Below, piece after piece: positions 1-9,775 of a stretch of DNA of 64,000 nucleotides. Below the pieces are notes generated by a model. That model was not told the DNA's origin and searched no databases. It saw nothing but the letters and a program-made list of their open reading frames with translations. Where the stretch lies: the NCBI GenBank assembly GCA_000002435.2, contig CM018792.1; one strand, 5' to 3'. The position numbers and the translations under genes are program-made. This stretch comes from Giardia intestinalis (taxonomy: Eukaryota). Position 1 is the first letter of the stretch. Each line of letters opens with the position of its first letter.

Positions 1-21
1 CTTAACTGGATTCTTTCTGAC

Positions 22-3000
22 ATGCTTCCATCCATCATTTCATTTGTGTCGGAAAGCGAGGTGTTCTACACATTCGAGAGTAGTGCTGTTTTACACCAAA
101 TTTGGATACAGTGCGAAGATTTGGCTGCTAACTCCAAATCAACTGCAATGCGCGGAACGGCCAATGAAATACTGCACATGCTCCAACAAGTTCAAGCTGC
201 GTGCAAGGAGCAAGAACCAAAGAAGCCTGTGCGGCCGAGCAAACTGAATAGAGAGGAGATCCTAGGCAAAGAGCTGGCTCAAACAATCAATGAGCTAGAG
301 AAAACAACTCGATATAACAGCAAGAATACAGACGACGTCATAAAGCAGGCCCTTTCTGCGGAGCGCAACAGGCTAGCCCAGCCTCCTCGGGGGAGCAACG
401 ATGCTAACACATCGTCTATTTGCTCCGAAGACGGCTTTTCTACGACAGCTATCTACCTTGGCGGACTGTCAACAGTACATGCTTCAGTACCTGATGACCA
501 TCAAGGCGCGCCTCAACACAGCACCTCTGCTCGCTCAACTATGTCAAAACCTGCTATTCCTCGACATGGCAACAGTGCCAGACAGAGTCTTGATGTTAAT
601 GAGGGTTTTGAAAGCGTTCAGAATCCTGCTGAGGCTGGCCCAGTCCGTAAAGAGTCGACTGATAGCTACATGGTGGACGATCTAAACGAACCGTCTTTTC
701 GCTCTGTCGCGAATAGCTCATTACTAGAGCGACATAGCGAGCCGATGGAATCTAGAAACATCTCGCATTCATCACGGAGCTCTCTTAGCCAGAACCATCC
801 TAGTGAGAGCTTCAATGCCCTGTCTGTTCACGGAGACAGTACCATGGCCAAGTCATCACTGGCTATAATTTTGCACAATGTCTACATACCCTTCAGCGGG
901 CGACACGAGCATCGATTTGCCGCCGCTTGCAAGCTTGTCTGTGACAGCTCTTGCATCATCTCTCTGCTTACTCCGTATATTTTTGAGCGACAGGCATCCA
1001 TAAGCGCCACAGACATTAGAGTGGTCAGGCATGTCATCAATGAATCTATACTGAATTCAGATATCACAGCACCGATGATAGACCTCAACGGCGTAGACCC
1101 CAATAGCCTTATCCCCATTCGCTCTGTCCACTTCAATGAAGAGGACGTACACAACGGCGTTTTGGCAATCCTGAAACAATATAAAATGGAAATTGGAGCT
1201 ACCGATAAATATTCCAAAGAGAGTATTCAGGCTTTTTCCTCTGTGTCATTGCTCTACTCTGCCCTTGTTCTCTCCAACGATTTCGTCACAGAAGGATGGC
1301 GTCCTTTGGCGTCCACCGTTGCCACTGTCTGTAAGTGCATAGGGACTCTGTGCAAGTATATCAAAGACCTAAGGGATTTTAAGATCCTTGTGGGTCCCCT
1401 GCTTGTGAGGTTAACTATGCAGCCATCGTATCAAGAAAAGCTGGCCATCCAAAGAACGCTAGACGCTCTCTTTGAACGCCACCAAGCGATTGAGGAAGAG
1501 TATCTGAAGACGCCAGGCAAGCGCATTATTCGCCACTTTCTCCAAAATTACATGGAGGTATTCAATGATAACGGAGCAAACATTCACCTAAAGTATACCA
1601 CCCTGAAGGTTATTACCGAGTATCTTGAGATGATTGTCGAGGGAATAGATGATTTTCAGAAGGTCCAGCCGATTATAGAACCGTGGCTCCCCTCTGTCAC
1701 TGCCTTCTTCAAGCGTCTATGCATAGTAACGTTTAAGAAGTCCTGCAAGGTCTCGGACGAGTTGGCTGGGAAGGCGTTTATAGACTATGTCAAAACTGAA
1801 TTCAAGGACCCGGCAATTACAGTGGAATACATAAATAACATTCTTGGCACAAAGGAGAACTTTTTGTTGGCTCTTTATAACCTGTCCGGTACTAAGACTA
1901 TTAACTCGTTTAGGCATTTCTACCGAGCATTCATAGATAAGTTGAGCCCTGCAGATGCAGACCTCGTATCTACCTGGTTAGAGTCAGTCTTGAATGGGCA
2001 GACACTGCGGGTTGACATAAAGGAAGCGACAATGGTGGCAGATATGTTCAGCCCCGGAACCAATGAGTACGTTGAGTACGACATCGTCAGCATTAACGAA
2101 TCTATGGTAGATGATCTCCCCACCTCTCTTAACGATCCGCAGAATGCAACCTCGAAGCGTGCTGCCCAATCGCAGCTGACACCAACCCTTACCAATTCCA
2201 TAACCCATGCTAAGGAAGGCGTTCTTTCTAACGATCCCCTCATGGATATCTATAACACTAGTCCACACAAGGGCCAGCGCACTGACATGGATGCCCTTCT
2301 GCGAGATGCGGAACAGGTACTAGGGCAATCTTTGCGTCAGTCGCTCTCTGCTCGTGCAGTGGCTGAGAGCATGCGTTCACAGTCAAAGCAACATGATACT
2401 CTTGAAGGAGACAACGATATGGTAGAACTTTTTACACGTATGGGGACTTTGGTTACCGATGTGGACGTAGATTTGTTAGATGAGAAGGTTGCCGAGGAGC
2501 TCCGTTCTTCTAAACTATATAAGAATCGCAGCCAGCAGAAGGATGTGGGCAGGACACCAGGGACTGCTGCTTCAGTTGAGCGCGATCCCCACGAGTCTGT
2601 GGCGTCTGCAGTGCCGCCCCTGCCGGCTGCACTGTCGTCATATACTGTGCCTAGCCTAAGTTTGGATGAGGCAAGCTCGTTCAATGCAGACGCTGAGAAA
2701 GGCCTCTACCCTTCAAAGCTGCAAGATGGTCGGGTAGTCAACCATCTAGCGGATGCTATAGCGGATCGAGCTGCCGAGAAGAGCTCTGCCAACCCATCCC
2801 CGTCTAAGGAAATATCTGTCGTCAAGCTTCGGGACTTCCCCTCAACTGATAGGTTTGTCAGTCTAGCCAAAAGTACCGAAGGACTACCTCTAGCGGTCGC
2901 TGGAGTAGTAGATCAAATAGACTACAAATTCAAGACTTTGGACACTATTGAGCGGCTGCAAAGTGCAGCGCGTCTATCTGACTCTACCCTGACGGAAGCC

Positions 3001-3963
3001 ATGTCTTTTACCCTTAAGAGCCTTACCGATAGCATGACAGGCACCATAATCAAGACCTTCAACAGTGAAAATATGCGGAAGCTTGTCGATACCATGCTCT
3101 ACATTAAACGACAGCTCACTGTTTCGCTGCAGGATGACACAACCATGATGCTCTTTATCACAAGGATAGTATCCTTCTTACAAAATTACCTATCAAACCC
3201 TTCCTTCCGTGGGTTAGTGCAAGCCAAAGAGTTTCACGACTTGCAGGATATACCAGCAGACCTAGGAAAAAACAAGCCATCGTTTTATGGCGAGGACATA
3301 GCTTTTGAGGCGATAAAGCAGGTCCAGCGCAGTATCTCGAGCCTCTCAGGGACAGGGCTTGATCCCGTGCGGATATCCATGCTTACTCTCTTGATCGAGG
3401 ACTGTCTGACACTGCTAACGCTCATAATAGACGGGTCATCAGCGACACACTTGATTAAGGCATTGATTCAGATGTTTACTGTGATCTACGAAGAGGGCCT
3501 GCTGGTCTACAGGGCATCCGAGTTCCCTCTCTTGAGACCCTACTATACTACGAGCCATAGTATAGTCCAGAATATCCTGAACAGTCTTTTGGACAAGCTG
3601 ACCCAGATCGTGGCCCATGCACCACAGGATTTCAGTCAGGACATCATTCGTTTTCACGCAGAGTTCTTAGCCAAGAAGGAAGTTCCTCAAGCCGCCAGTG
3701 CCTTTTCCGGAACACTCTTCTCAATATTCTTGATTCTGTCTGGAAGTCTTTCCATGTATCCCAACATTAATAATAAGCAACACTCCAGTTATAATCTCAC
3801 GTCTGGCCACAGCTCTTGTCCGTCGGAGCTAACTTTCCTTTACCCTCGACCGTGCATCATCACCTGTATCAAGCGGCTGACAGATGATTTGGACACTGCT
3901 GCAAGAGACACGCTTTCTACTGTTTGTGGTCTAGAGATCGTTAGCCAGCTTGGCAGCCTTTGA
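22..3963 (+). CDS. Large hypothetical protein (1313 aa), Ser-rich low-complexity N-terminal third. No in-frame stop between window start and the ATG at 22, so the true start may lie upstream of the window.
   Basis: Long uninterrupted ORF with codon usage like neighbouring genes. No catalytic motif recognised by eye. AGTAAAC polyA-type signal 21 nt after the stop. Confidence 0.6.
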   Translation: MLPSIISFVSESEVFYTFESSAVLHQIWIQCEDLAANSKSTAMRGTANEILHMLQQVQAACKEQEPKKPVRPSKLNREEILGKELAQTINELEKTTRYNSKNTDDVIKQALSAERNRLAQPPRGSNDANTSSICSEDGFSTTAIYLGGLSTVHASVPDDHQGAPQHSTSARSTMSKPAIPRHGNSARQSLDVNEGFESVQNPAEAGPVRKESTDSYMVDDLNEPSFRSVANSSLLERHSEPMESRNISHSSRSSLSQNHPSESFNALSVHGDSTMAKSSLAIILHNVYIPFSGRHEHRFAAACKLVCDSSCIISLLTPYIFERQASISATDIRVVRHVINESILNSDITAPMIDLNGVDPNSLIPIRSVHFNEEDVHNGVLAILKQYKMEIGATDKYSKESIQAFSSVSLLYSALVLSNDFVTEGWRPLASTVATVCKCIGTLCKYIKDLRDFKILVGPLLVRLTMQPSYQEKLAIQRTLDALFERHQAIEEEYLKTPGKRIIRHFLQNYMEVFNDNGANIHLKYTTLKVITEYLEMIVEGIDDFQKVQPIIEPWLPSVTAFFKRLCIVTFKKSCKVSDELAGKAFIDYVKTEFKDPAITVEYINNILGTKENFLLALYNLSGTKTINSFRHFYRAFIDKLSPADADLVSTWLESVLNGQTLRVDIKEATMVADMFSPGTNEYVEYDIVSINESMVDDLPTSLNDPQNATSKRAAQSQLTPTLTNSITHAKEGVLSNDPLMDIYNTSPHKGQRTDMDALLRDAEQVLGQSLRQSLSARAVAESMRSQSKQHDTLEGDNDMVELFTRMGTLVTDVDVDLLDEKVAEELRSSKLYKNRSQQKDVGRTPGTAASVERDPHESVASAVPPLPAALSSYTVPSLSLDEASSFNADAEKGLYPSKLQDGRVVNHLADAIADRAAEKSSANPSPSKEISVVKLRDFPSTDRFVSLAKSTEGLPLAVAGVVDQIDYKFKTLDTIERLQSAARLSDSTLTEAMSFTLKSLTDSMTGTIIKTFNSENMRKLVDTMLYIKRQLTVSLQDDTTMMLFITRIVSFLQNYLSNPSFRGLVQAKEFHDLQDIPADLGKNKPSFYGEDIAFEAIKQVQRSISSLSGTGLDPVRISMLTLLIEDCLTLLTLIIDGSSATHLIKALIQMFTVIYEEGLLVYRASEFPLLRPYYTTSHSIVQNILNSLLDKLTQIVAHAPQDFSQDIIRFHAEFLAKKEVPQAASAFSGTLFSIFLILSGSLSMYPNINNKQHSSYNLTSGHSSCPSELTFLYPRPCIITCIKRLTDDLDTAARDTLSTVCGLEIVSQLGSL

Positions 3964-3983
3964 TTAGCTAAATTTGTAATATT

Positions 3984-3990
3984 AGTAAAC
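3984..3990 (+). promoter_or_regulatory. Putative Giardia polyadenylation signal AGTAAAC (AGTRAAY class) downstream of the 1313-aa ORF
   Basis: Motif seen 21 nt after the TGA at 3961-3963. AGTRAAY is the established Giardia polyA signal consensus. Confidence 0.5.
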
Positions 3991-3997
3991 AGTTGAC

Positions 3998-6900
3998 TTG
4001 ATGGATTTGGACCAGCTCATCAGTCTGACTGTTGCAGAGCCTCTCACAGCCAATCAGCGCGCCCCCGATGCTGATATTGGTATGTTGGTGAGCCAGCTTG
4101 TGTCTCGATTAGAGTCGTCACCTGCCTTGGAGACGCAACTTCACAGTTTAAACGAGCTATCGTTGCTCGCTACAACCAACCCAGGGCCTCTTCTAGTCTG
4201 CTTGCCTTCAGTATGCAGACTATTATCGTCTCCCGCTGTGTCTCCTACTATCCTGTCGGCTTTGTTTTCGTTTTTGTGTGCGCTCTTCGCATCCAGCGCT
4301 AGAGATCAAGCAGAGGACACACAGCATCGTACAACTGCCAAGGTTAGCTTTCTAAAAGAGTCTACGAATGGGCTATCCCTTGCATTCGCATATAGTACGC
4401 AAACCCAAAACGCTGCTACGTCCCCAGCGCTGTCAGTCTTGGTATGGTTACTAACCGACACTGACTCCATGGATCTTGTCGCGAAGATCCTACAGCATAA
4501 GATACAGACACCCAGCTTCTCCACAGAAACGTGTCTGGCCGAACGCTTTGTGCAGCTTTTGCGGATTGCGAACCCTGATGCATTTACAGTTGTCGATCTA
4601 ATCTTGTCCATACCAGGGGCCATGGACGGTCAATCTACCCTCGTAGCATCATGTATTAAAGCAGGTATATTGGAACAAGCACTTAAGAATATAGAAGCAG
4701 ACAAGGTCACAACCCCTAGGGCGATATCTTCAATGCATATATTAACTAAAAGTGTAAGTCTGGCAGCCAATCTTTCATCGTCGGATGCTACATTTTCCCT
4801 ATCTCAGGAGGTGATCCAAAGAAACATCATCGGAAGTCTCGGAGACCTTGTCCACGCTTGTACATATTCGCTGATCAATGATCTAGCTAATAAAAAGCCA
4901 TTTGGAGATGCAGTTGCTACGGTACTGTCAAGGTCCCTTAGTCTGGTCAAGACACTTATTTCATCGGAGACTAAACAAGCCATTCTCGACTCTAAGATTT
5001 TCTCATATTCGCTGATGCTTGTGTGCAGCCCGGCAGATGCCGATTTTATTCATAAGGACATACGCTTAGTGTCACTCGACGCAGCAAGTCTTATTATGCA
5101 GCTAGTCGGGACTGACCAAGCTTCACATCAAAAGATGGCGAATACGGTTCTTCTGTCTCTCCAACCAGGCGTGCCAATGCGGTCTATCGATGTGCTTACA
5201 CGTCTGTCCCACATCTTGACCGCTTTAGGAGATAGGGTTGACCCAGAGTTCTATGATGCAGTTCTGCACCTGCTTTTGGGGACATATCAACACAAAGACC
5301 TGGTGTCTGGGTGCCTCAATGCAGTGACTAATCCGCTCTTCTCACTCTATAAAACATCGTGGACTGATGGCTTTAAGCTTCTTGCACGTACCTTAGGAAT
5401 GAAGGCTCCCGAGGATGTGTTAAGAAAGTCTAGCAACGAGCAATTGTATGCACGCTTTTTTGCATATGTACAAGAAGCCCAGAAAAGCTACCGAGCAGTG
5501 ATCGTTCAGGTGCTTGGGAAAGGTGACCCCGGACCGAAGTGTTCCGTATCAAAGCAGTCGTGTCTCAACTTGATGCAGTGCATGGAAAACAGTGAGTCGT
5601 CCCCAACTGTGCTTGCGGCCTCGGCGGCCTGTCTTCTTAGCATAATCACGAATGACAATAGAAATGGCCAATGTCTTGCTCTCAGTGCACTGTCTTGTCC
5701 AAAGACTATATATGATATCATACCAACTTTCCTGGGAGCACTTTTTGGGTCGACCGCCCGCGTTCTACTGAATCAGCAACCGGCGGTTAACCTTCTCACT
5801 CTTCTCATAGCTTTATTAGACATTCTTAAAAACGAGCACTTCTTCGTAGTCATTTCTTTGTTTTACATTGGTAGCCCAGCAGAGTTGGTGAAGCACCTCA
5901 GCACCTTTATAGCTGTATCATTAAAACCCGACACCTCTATACTTGTAAGAGCCATGACTGCATCCATTGTAGCATCTATGCCAGCGTCCTTCTATGCAGC
6001 AGTTTCTCCTATGCTTTCGGAGACTTTTACTAACGGTGACTCTCTGAAAACTGCGCTGGAAACTGTACTTGTTCAAGGAAAAGCAGCGCAGCTGCCTGAG
6101 TCTCCTATCCTACTTCCGCACTTAGCACGCCTCAAGACCAACATCGATACTATGATAGATACATTAAGGGCACTCCCTCTTGTTCAGAAAGCCCCAACAA
6201 CAACCCCGGCACTGCCGGTGGTCCACTCTCTGGAGGAGCCAGACCAAACGGTCCTGCCACAACCATCCACATCGCTACCACACCCGTCAGTTGTATCTGT
6301 AACTACTTTCACTCAGACAGACTTAGATGTAGACGCCCTTATGGCAGAGCAAGCGTTACTGCGACAGGAGCTTGCCCGGCTCCAAGAAGAGAATGCAAGG
6401 CTTACTCAGGAGTTATCTAGACAGATGCAGGCACCTACCTTCGGGGATCAACATACTCACGCTTCTACCAATCCAACCTTAATATTTGAGTCTCAAGCTT
6501 TTGAATCTCCTCCCATCGATATTGTAGAGAATAACACAGGTGAGATAAATATACCAGCTATAGCTAAACCCGAGCACTTGACATCAGGAACCGAGGAAAG
6601 TGACCATGCAGAAGAGAAGCTGGACAGCGAAATCCCTAATGTAGGCATATCTGACTACTTGCAGCCATTGACAGATGCCACGGCCACAAGTAATCCGGAA
6701 AACTTTTTTGATCAGATAGAGTCGCAAGCCTCTTTGACAATCAGCGCTCCGTTCGACCAAAACCCAGAGTTGCTTACCAGTAACATTTCCTTAGCAAACG
6801 CAGACCTTGGGCTATCCACACAGCTCTGCCCTGACTTGCATGTCAATCCGAGCCAAGACTTGTCGGATCCTGTCTCGTTACCACTGCCAGATGATTCGCC

Positions 6901-7090
6901 GACAGTACAGGAGGCTCCGCCTGTCAACGAACAACCGCCTATTCCCATGGTTCCAATGAACATACCCGTTCCAACCAGTAATACAGTGAGCAGTAGAAGG
7001 CCAGGTCGAGGGGGGATCAGAGCACGATATGCAACAGGCCTAAGCGAGGACGCACGCAAAAACATTGCTACGGCGGAGCAAACCAGTTAA
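3998..7090 (+). CDS. Hypothetical protein (1030 aa) with a C-terminal leucine-zipper-like coiled coil (LLRQELARLQEENARLTQELSRQ)
   Basis: Long ORF starting 35 nt after the upstream gene's stop. Coiled-coil heptads visible around nt 6340-6420. No other domain recognised. Confidence 0.6.
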   Translation: MMDLDQLISLTVAEPLTANQRAPDADIGMLVSQLVSRLESSPALETQLHSLNELSLLATTNPGPLLVCLPSVCRLLSSPAVSPTILSALFSFLCALFASSARDQAEDTQHRTTAKVSFLKESTNGLSLAFAYSTQTQNAATSPALSVLVWLLTDTDSMDLVAKILQHKIQTPSFSTETCLAERFVQLLRIANPDAFTVVDLILSIPGAMDGQSTLVASCIKAGILEQALKNIEADKVTTPRAISSMHILTKSVSLAANLSSSDATFSLSQEVIQRNIIGSLGDLVHACTYSLINDLANKKPFGDAVATVLSRSLSLVKTLISSETKQAILDSKIFSYSLMLVCSPADADFIHKDIRLVSLDAASLIMQLVGTDQASHQKMANTVLLSLQPGVPMRSIDVLTRLSHILTALGDRVDPEFYDAVLHLLLGTYQHKDLVSGCLNAVTNPLFSLYKTSWTDGFKLLARTLGMKAPEDVLRKSSNEQLYARFFAYVQEAQKSYRAVIVQVLGKGDPGPKCSVSKQSCLNLMQCMENSESSPTVLAASAACLLSIITNDNRNGQCLALSALSCPKTIYDIIPTFLGALFGSTARVLLNQQPAVNLLTLLIALLDILKNEHFFVVISLFYIGSPAELVKHLSTFIAVSLKPDTSILVRAMTASIVASMPASFYAAVSPMLSETFTNGDSLKTALETVLVQGKAAQLPESPILLPHLARLKTNIDTMIDTLRALPLVQKAPTTTPALPVVHSLEEPDQTVLPQPSTSLPHPSVVSVTTFTQTDLDVDALMAEQALLRQELARLQEENARLTQELSRQMQAPTFGDQHTHASTNPTLIFESQAFESPPIDIVENNTGEINIPAIAKPEHLTSGTEESDHAEEKLDSEIPNVGISDYLQPLTDATATSNPENFFDQIESQASLTISAPFDQNPELLTSNISLANADLGLSTQLCPDLHVNPSQDLSDPVSLPLPDDSPTVQEAPPVNEQPPIPMVPMNIPVPTSNTVSSRRPGRGGIRARYATGLSEDARKNIATAEQTS

Positions 7091-7443
7091 TTGTTGTAGT
7101 AGTTCGTTTCCAATATGCCAGCTTTAATAGGCTTTGGCCTTATGGACTTTGTTGAAAGATCACGCACGACCTTGGCTTCCATCCCTAGTCTATCCTTTGA
7201 AGCCTTTTAAAGTACTGCAAAATAAAGGCTCCTAAGTTAGGGGAGCATGTATAACTGGGATTTTCAGGTAGCACAAATTGCGAAGCTCAGTGACAACTGC
7301 GTAAATCTAAAATGCCTTACTTTTCTTCTGGGATTTGAGAAGGCTATGAAGGCGGAGTTGTTATGAACTCTACACTAACAATACTACAAAAACACGTATT
7401 TGTAGCATTTCTAGTTCGTATCACCTAAAAATAAAAGCCAGCG

Positions 7444-9672
7444 ATGTTCAAGCCTTCCTGCGTCTTCGTCATCATGGGGGCATCAGGGGATCTTACTTAT
7501 AAGAAGCTTATCCCTGCCATCTACAGCCTTGCCTCGGACGGCTACCTTCACAAGGACACTTGCATCCTTGGCGTTGCACGCTCAGACATTAAGCTGGACG
7601 CCTTTCATAGTCGTATTAAGGACGGTATAGATAAGTATTCACGCCATGGGACAGGCCCTGGGTCTGCTACAAATCGAGAACCCTGGAGCACCTTTGTGAA
7701 GAGACTCAACTACCATCGCATAAACAACATGGAGGCACTGAGTGACTATAAGGCGCTAGCGGAGATTGTACTCTGTAAGGAGCCGTATAAGGACCTTGAG
7801 CGCGTTGTCATTTATCTTGCCCTCCCGCCTGGCGCTTTCTATGCCGCAGTCACCAACTTGGGGGAGTCGGGTCTCAATAACAGGAAGTGTACAATAGTAG
7901 TGGAGAAGCCCCTCGGGTCAGATCTCCACACAGCCATGGAACTCGAAAAGTTGCTCCACAGCCAGTTCAAAGAAGACCAGATAGCCCGCATTGACCATTA
8001 TCTGGGGAAGATGCAAGCACTCAATATGATGGGCTTCCGATTCTCCAACGCGTTTGTTGAGCCAATCTGGAATGACAAGTACATAGATCGCATCATCATC
8101 ACTGCCTCTGAGGAGATAGATGTTAATGGGCGGATCAGCTACTACGACGCCAACGGCATCATTATTGATATGGTTCAATCCCACCTTCTTCAGCTTCTTG
8201 CCCTTACGACCATGGAAGCCCCCATAGACATGACCGCAGATGGCATACGCAACGAAAAGGTGAAGCTTCTGAAGTCCGTTGACCCCATTCGTGTCGAGAA
8301 TGTCCTGACAGCCCAGTACGACGGGTACCTCAAACACGAGGGCGTTCCGGAGGGCTCTCTTGCTCCAACAGCTGTCTGTCTTAGGGTGTCCATCAACAAT
8401 GCACGCTGGAAAAGGACGCAGTTCATCATCCAGACATGCAAGTGTGGGGCTACGCGCGAGACCCGAATTGATGCTGTCATGCGTCCTTCGGGGTCGCGCA
8501 TTCTCAATACTGTTAGCATGGTTCCGGATCCTAACATTTTCTCGTTCCTCGTGCACCCCACCGAAGGGATTCAGATCAGTTTCGAAACCATGGTGCCATC
8601 AATATCTTCTTCCACTCTTGCGTGCGACAACAGTGGATGCATCGAACGGGAGCCGGGTCCGTTTTTGACCAAGCCCGTGACGCTGGACTTTGACTACCAG
8701 AAGTCGCATATCATCACCCAATCAGCATATGAGCGTCTGCTACAAGAGGCGGTTGCAGGGGATCTATCCAACTTTACACGTACTGATGAGGTAGTTGCCC
8801 AGTGGAAGATCGTAGCAAACATATTGGATAACAGCAGGAACAAGCCCATCATATACGCTAAGGGCCTTCGTCTTCTTCATCCCATCTGCCTCGACACTTG
8901 GAACTACGGAAAGGAGTACATACGTCGCTTAGCATACGGCCATTGCAGGTTGCGTGTTGCTTGGGAAATCACTGCCACGGCAATACTCGCGTGCGAGACC
9001 GTCAGTAATAAGGTCATTCACTCCGTCGCACTGTGGGCTGAGACCCACACGCTGAATAATAGCTTTGACATAATTCTCGCCGGTGGCACCACCCCCAAGC
9101 ATTGCTATGAACACATGAGCCGCCATCTGATCAAGCACTTACCACTGGAGGTGCGGAAGCGCATATTCATCTGGCTTTCAGATGAGCGTGAGGATACGTG
9201 TGCCAGGAACAACGGGAAAATGATCAAGGAGTGCTTTAAGGACAGCGGAGTTGTTATCAATGAAATCTATGATGGAAGCAAGAGCTTTGAGACCAGCATC
9301 CGAGAGTACTCAAAGAAACTCGAAGGAGTAGAGGTCTTTAGGGCAGCAATTCTGGGGATAGGCACAGATGGCCACATATGCTCACTCTTCCCAGGTTGTC
9401 TTCCCACTCTCACCAGCAGAGAAGATCAGTGCATCATGGTTGAAGTCCCTCAGCTGGGAGAGCGGCGAGCAACCATCACTCCTCTGGTCATACAAAGAAT
9501 TGCAGACGTTATCATCCTTGCCACTGGAGAAGATAAGACCACAGCATTGACTCGACTTGCCTACGCGCCTTTCCAGCCGGCCTTCATTCCTGCACAGTTG
9601 GCCACTGCACAGTCTAGCACAACTGTGGTCTGTGATCACACCGCGCGTTCATCTAGGCCAGTGTTCAATTAA
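7444..9672 (+). CDS. G6PD-6PGL: Bifunctional glucose-6-phosphate 1-dehydrogenase / 6-phosphogluconolactonase fusion (G6PD::6PGL)
   Basis: N-terminal NADP-binding motif VIMGASGDLTYKK and G6PD active-site peptide RIDHYLGK. C-terminal 6PGL/NagB-family motif ILGIGTDGHICSLFPG. 742 aa is consistent with the fused enzymes known in Giardia and Plasmodium. AGTAAAT polyA-type signal 12 nt after the stop. Confidence 0.9.
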   Translation: MFKPSCVFVIMGASGDLTYKKLIPAIYSLASDGYLHKDTCILGVARSDIKLDAFHSRIKDGIDKYSRHGTGPGSATNREPWSTFVKRLNYHRINNMEALSDYKALAEIVLCKEPYKDLERVVIYLALPPGAFYAAVTNLGESGLNNRKCTIVVEKPLGSDLHTAMELEKLLHSQFKEDQIARIDHYLGKMQALNMMGFRFSNAFVEPIWNDKYIDRIIITASEEIDVNGRISYYDANGIIIDMVQSHLLQLLALTTMEAPIDMTADGIRNEKVKLLKSVDPIRVENVLTAQYDGYLKHEGVPEGSLAPTAVCLRVSINNARWKRTQFIIQTCKCGATRETRIDAVMRPSGSRILNTVSMVPDPNIFSFLVHPTEGIQISFETMVPSISSSTLACDNSGCIEREPGPFLTKPVTLDFDYQKSHIITQSAYERLLQEAVAGDLSNFTRTDEVVAQWKIVANILDNSRNKPIIYAKGLRLLHPICLDTWNYGKEYIRRLAYGHCRLRVAWEITATAILACETVSNKVIHSVALWAETHTLNNSFDIILAGGTTPKHCYEHMSRHLIKHLPLEVRKRIFIWLSDEREDTCARNNGKMIKECFKDSGVVINEIYDGSKSFETSIREYSKKLEGVEVFRAAILGIGTDGHICSLFPGCLPTLTSREDQCIMVEVPQLGERRATITPLVIQRIADVIILATGEDKTTALTRLAYAPFQPAFIPAQLATAQSSTTVVCDHTARSSRPVFN

Positions 9673-9683
9673 TGGCTCCACGC

Positions 9684-9690
9684 AGTAAAT
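9684..9690 (+). promoter_or_regulatory. Putative polyadenylation signal AGTAAAT downstream of G6PD-6PGL
   Basis: AGTRAAY match 12 nt after the TAA at 9670-9672. Confidence 0.45.
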
Positions 9691-9775
9691 TGTGATAACA
9701 GACTTTTTTTATTGTCACCAGAAGTTGGTCTACAGGGGTTTGCGGCCCTGTAGTGTGAAAAATAAAACAGGAGCC

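Noticed and set aside
22-7090. Tried to assign the 1313-aa and 1030-aa proteins to kinases, helicases or HEAT/ARM families
   Set aside because: No kinase (HRD/DFG), P-loop or other diagnostic motifs were found. They are left as hypothetical.
7091-7443. Searched the larger intergenic spacers (7091-7443, 20953-21264, 41505-41795) for tRNA-like T-arm (GGTTCGAATCC) or cloverleaf signatures
   Set aside because: No convincing tRNA box A/B or acceptor-stem pairing could be seen by eye. agttcgtttcc and agttcgtatcacc are only partial resemblances.
7918-8668. Antisense or overlapping ORFs inside G6PD-6PGL (7918-8556, 8190-8561 minus; 8360-8668 plus). Similar internal ORFs occur inside AlaRS, PPDK, EXO1 and others.
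   Set aside because: They are fully embedded in strongly supported conserved genes with no conserved motifs of their own, so they are treated as spurious.
9692-9775. Longer 6PGDH start at 9692 from the ORF track
   Set aside because: The added 28 residues (MITDFFYCHQKLVYRGLRPCSVKNKTGA) precede the conserved Rossmann beta-1 and have no counterpart in 6PGDHs. The ATG at 9776 in an A-rich context is the likely start.
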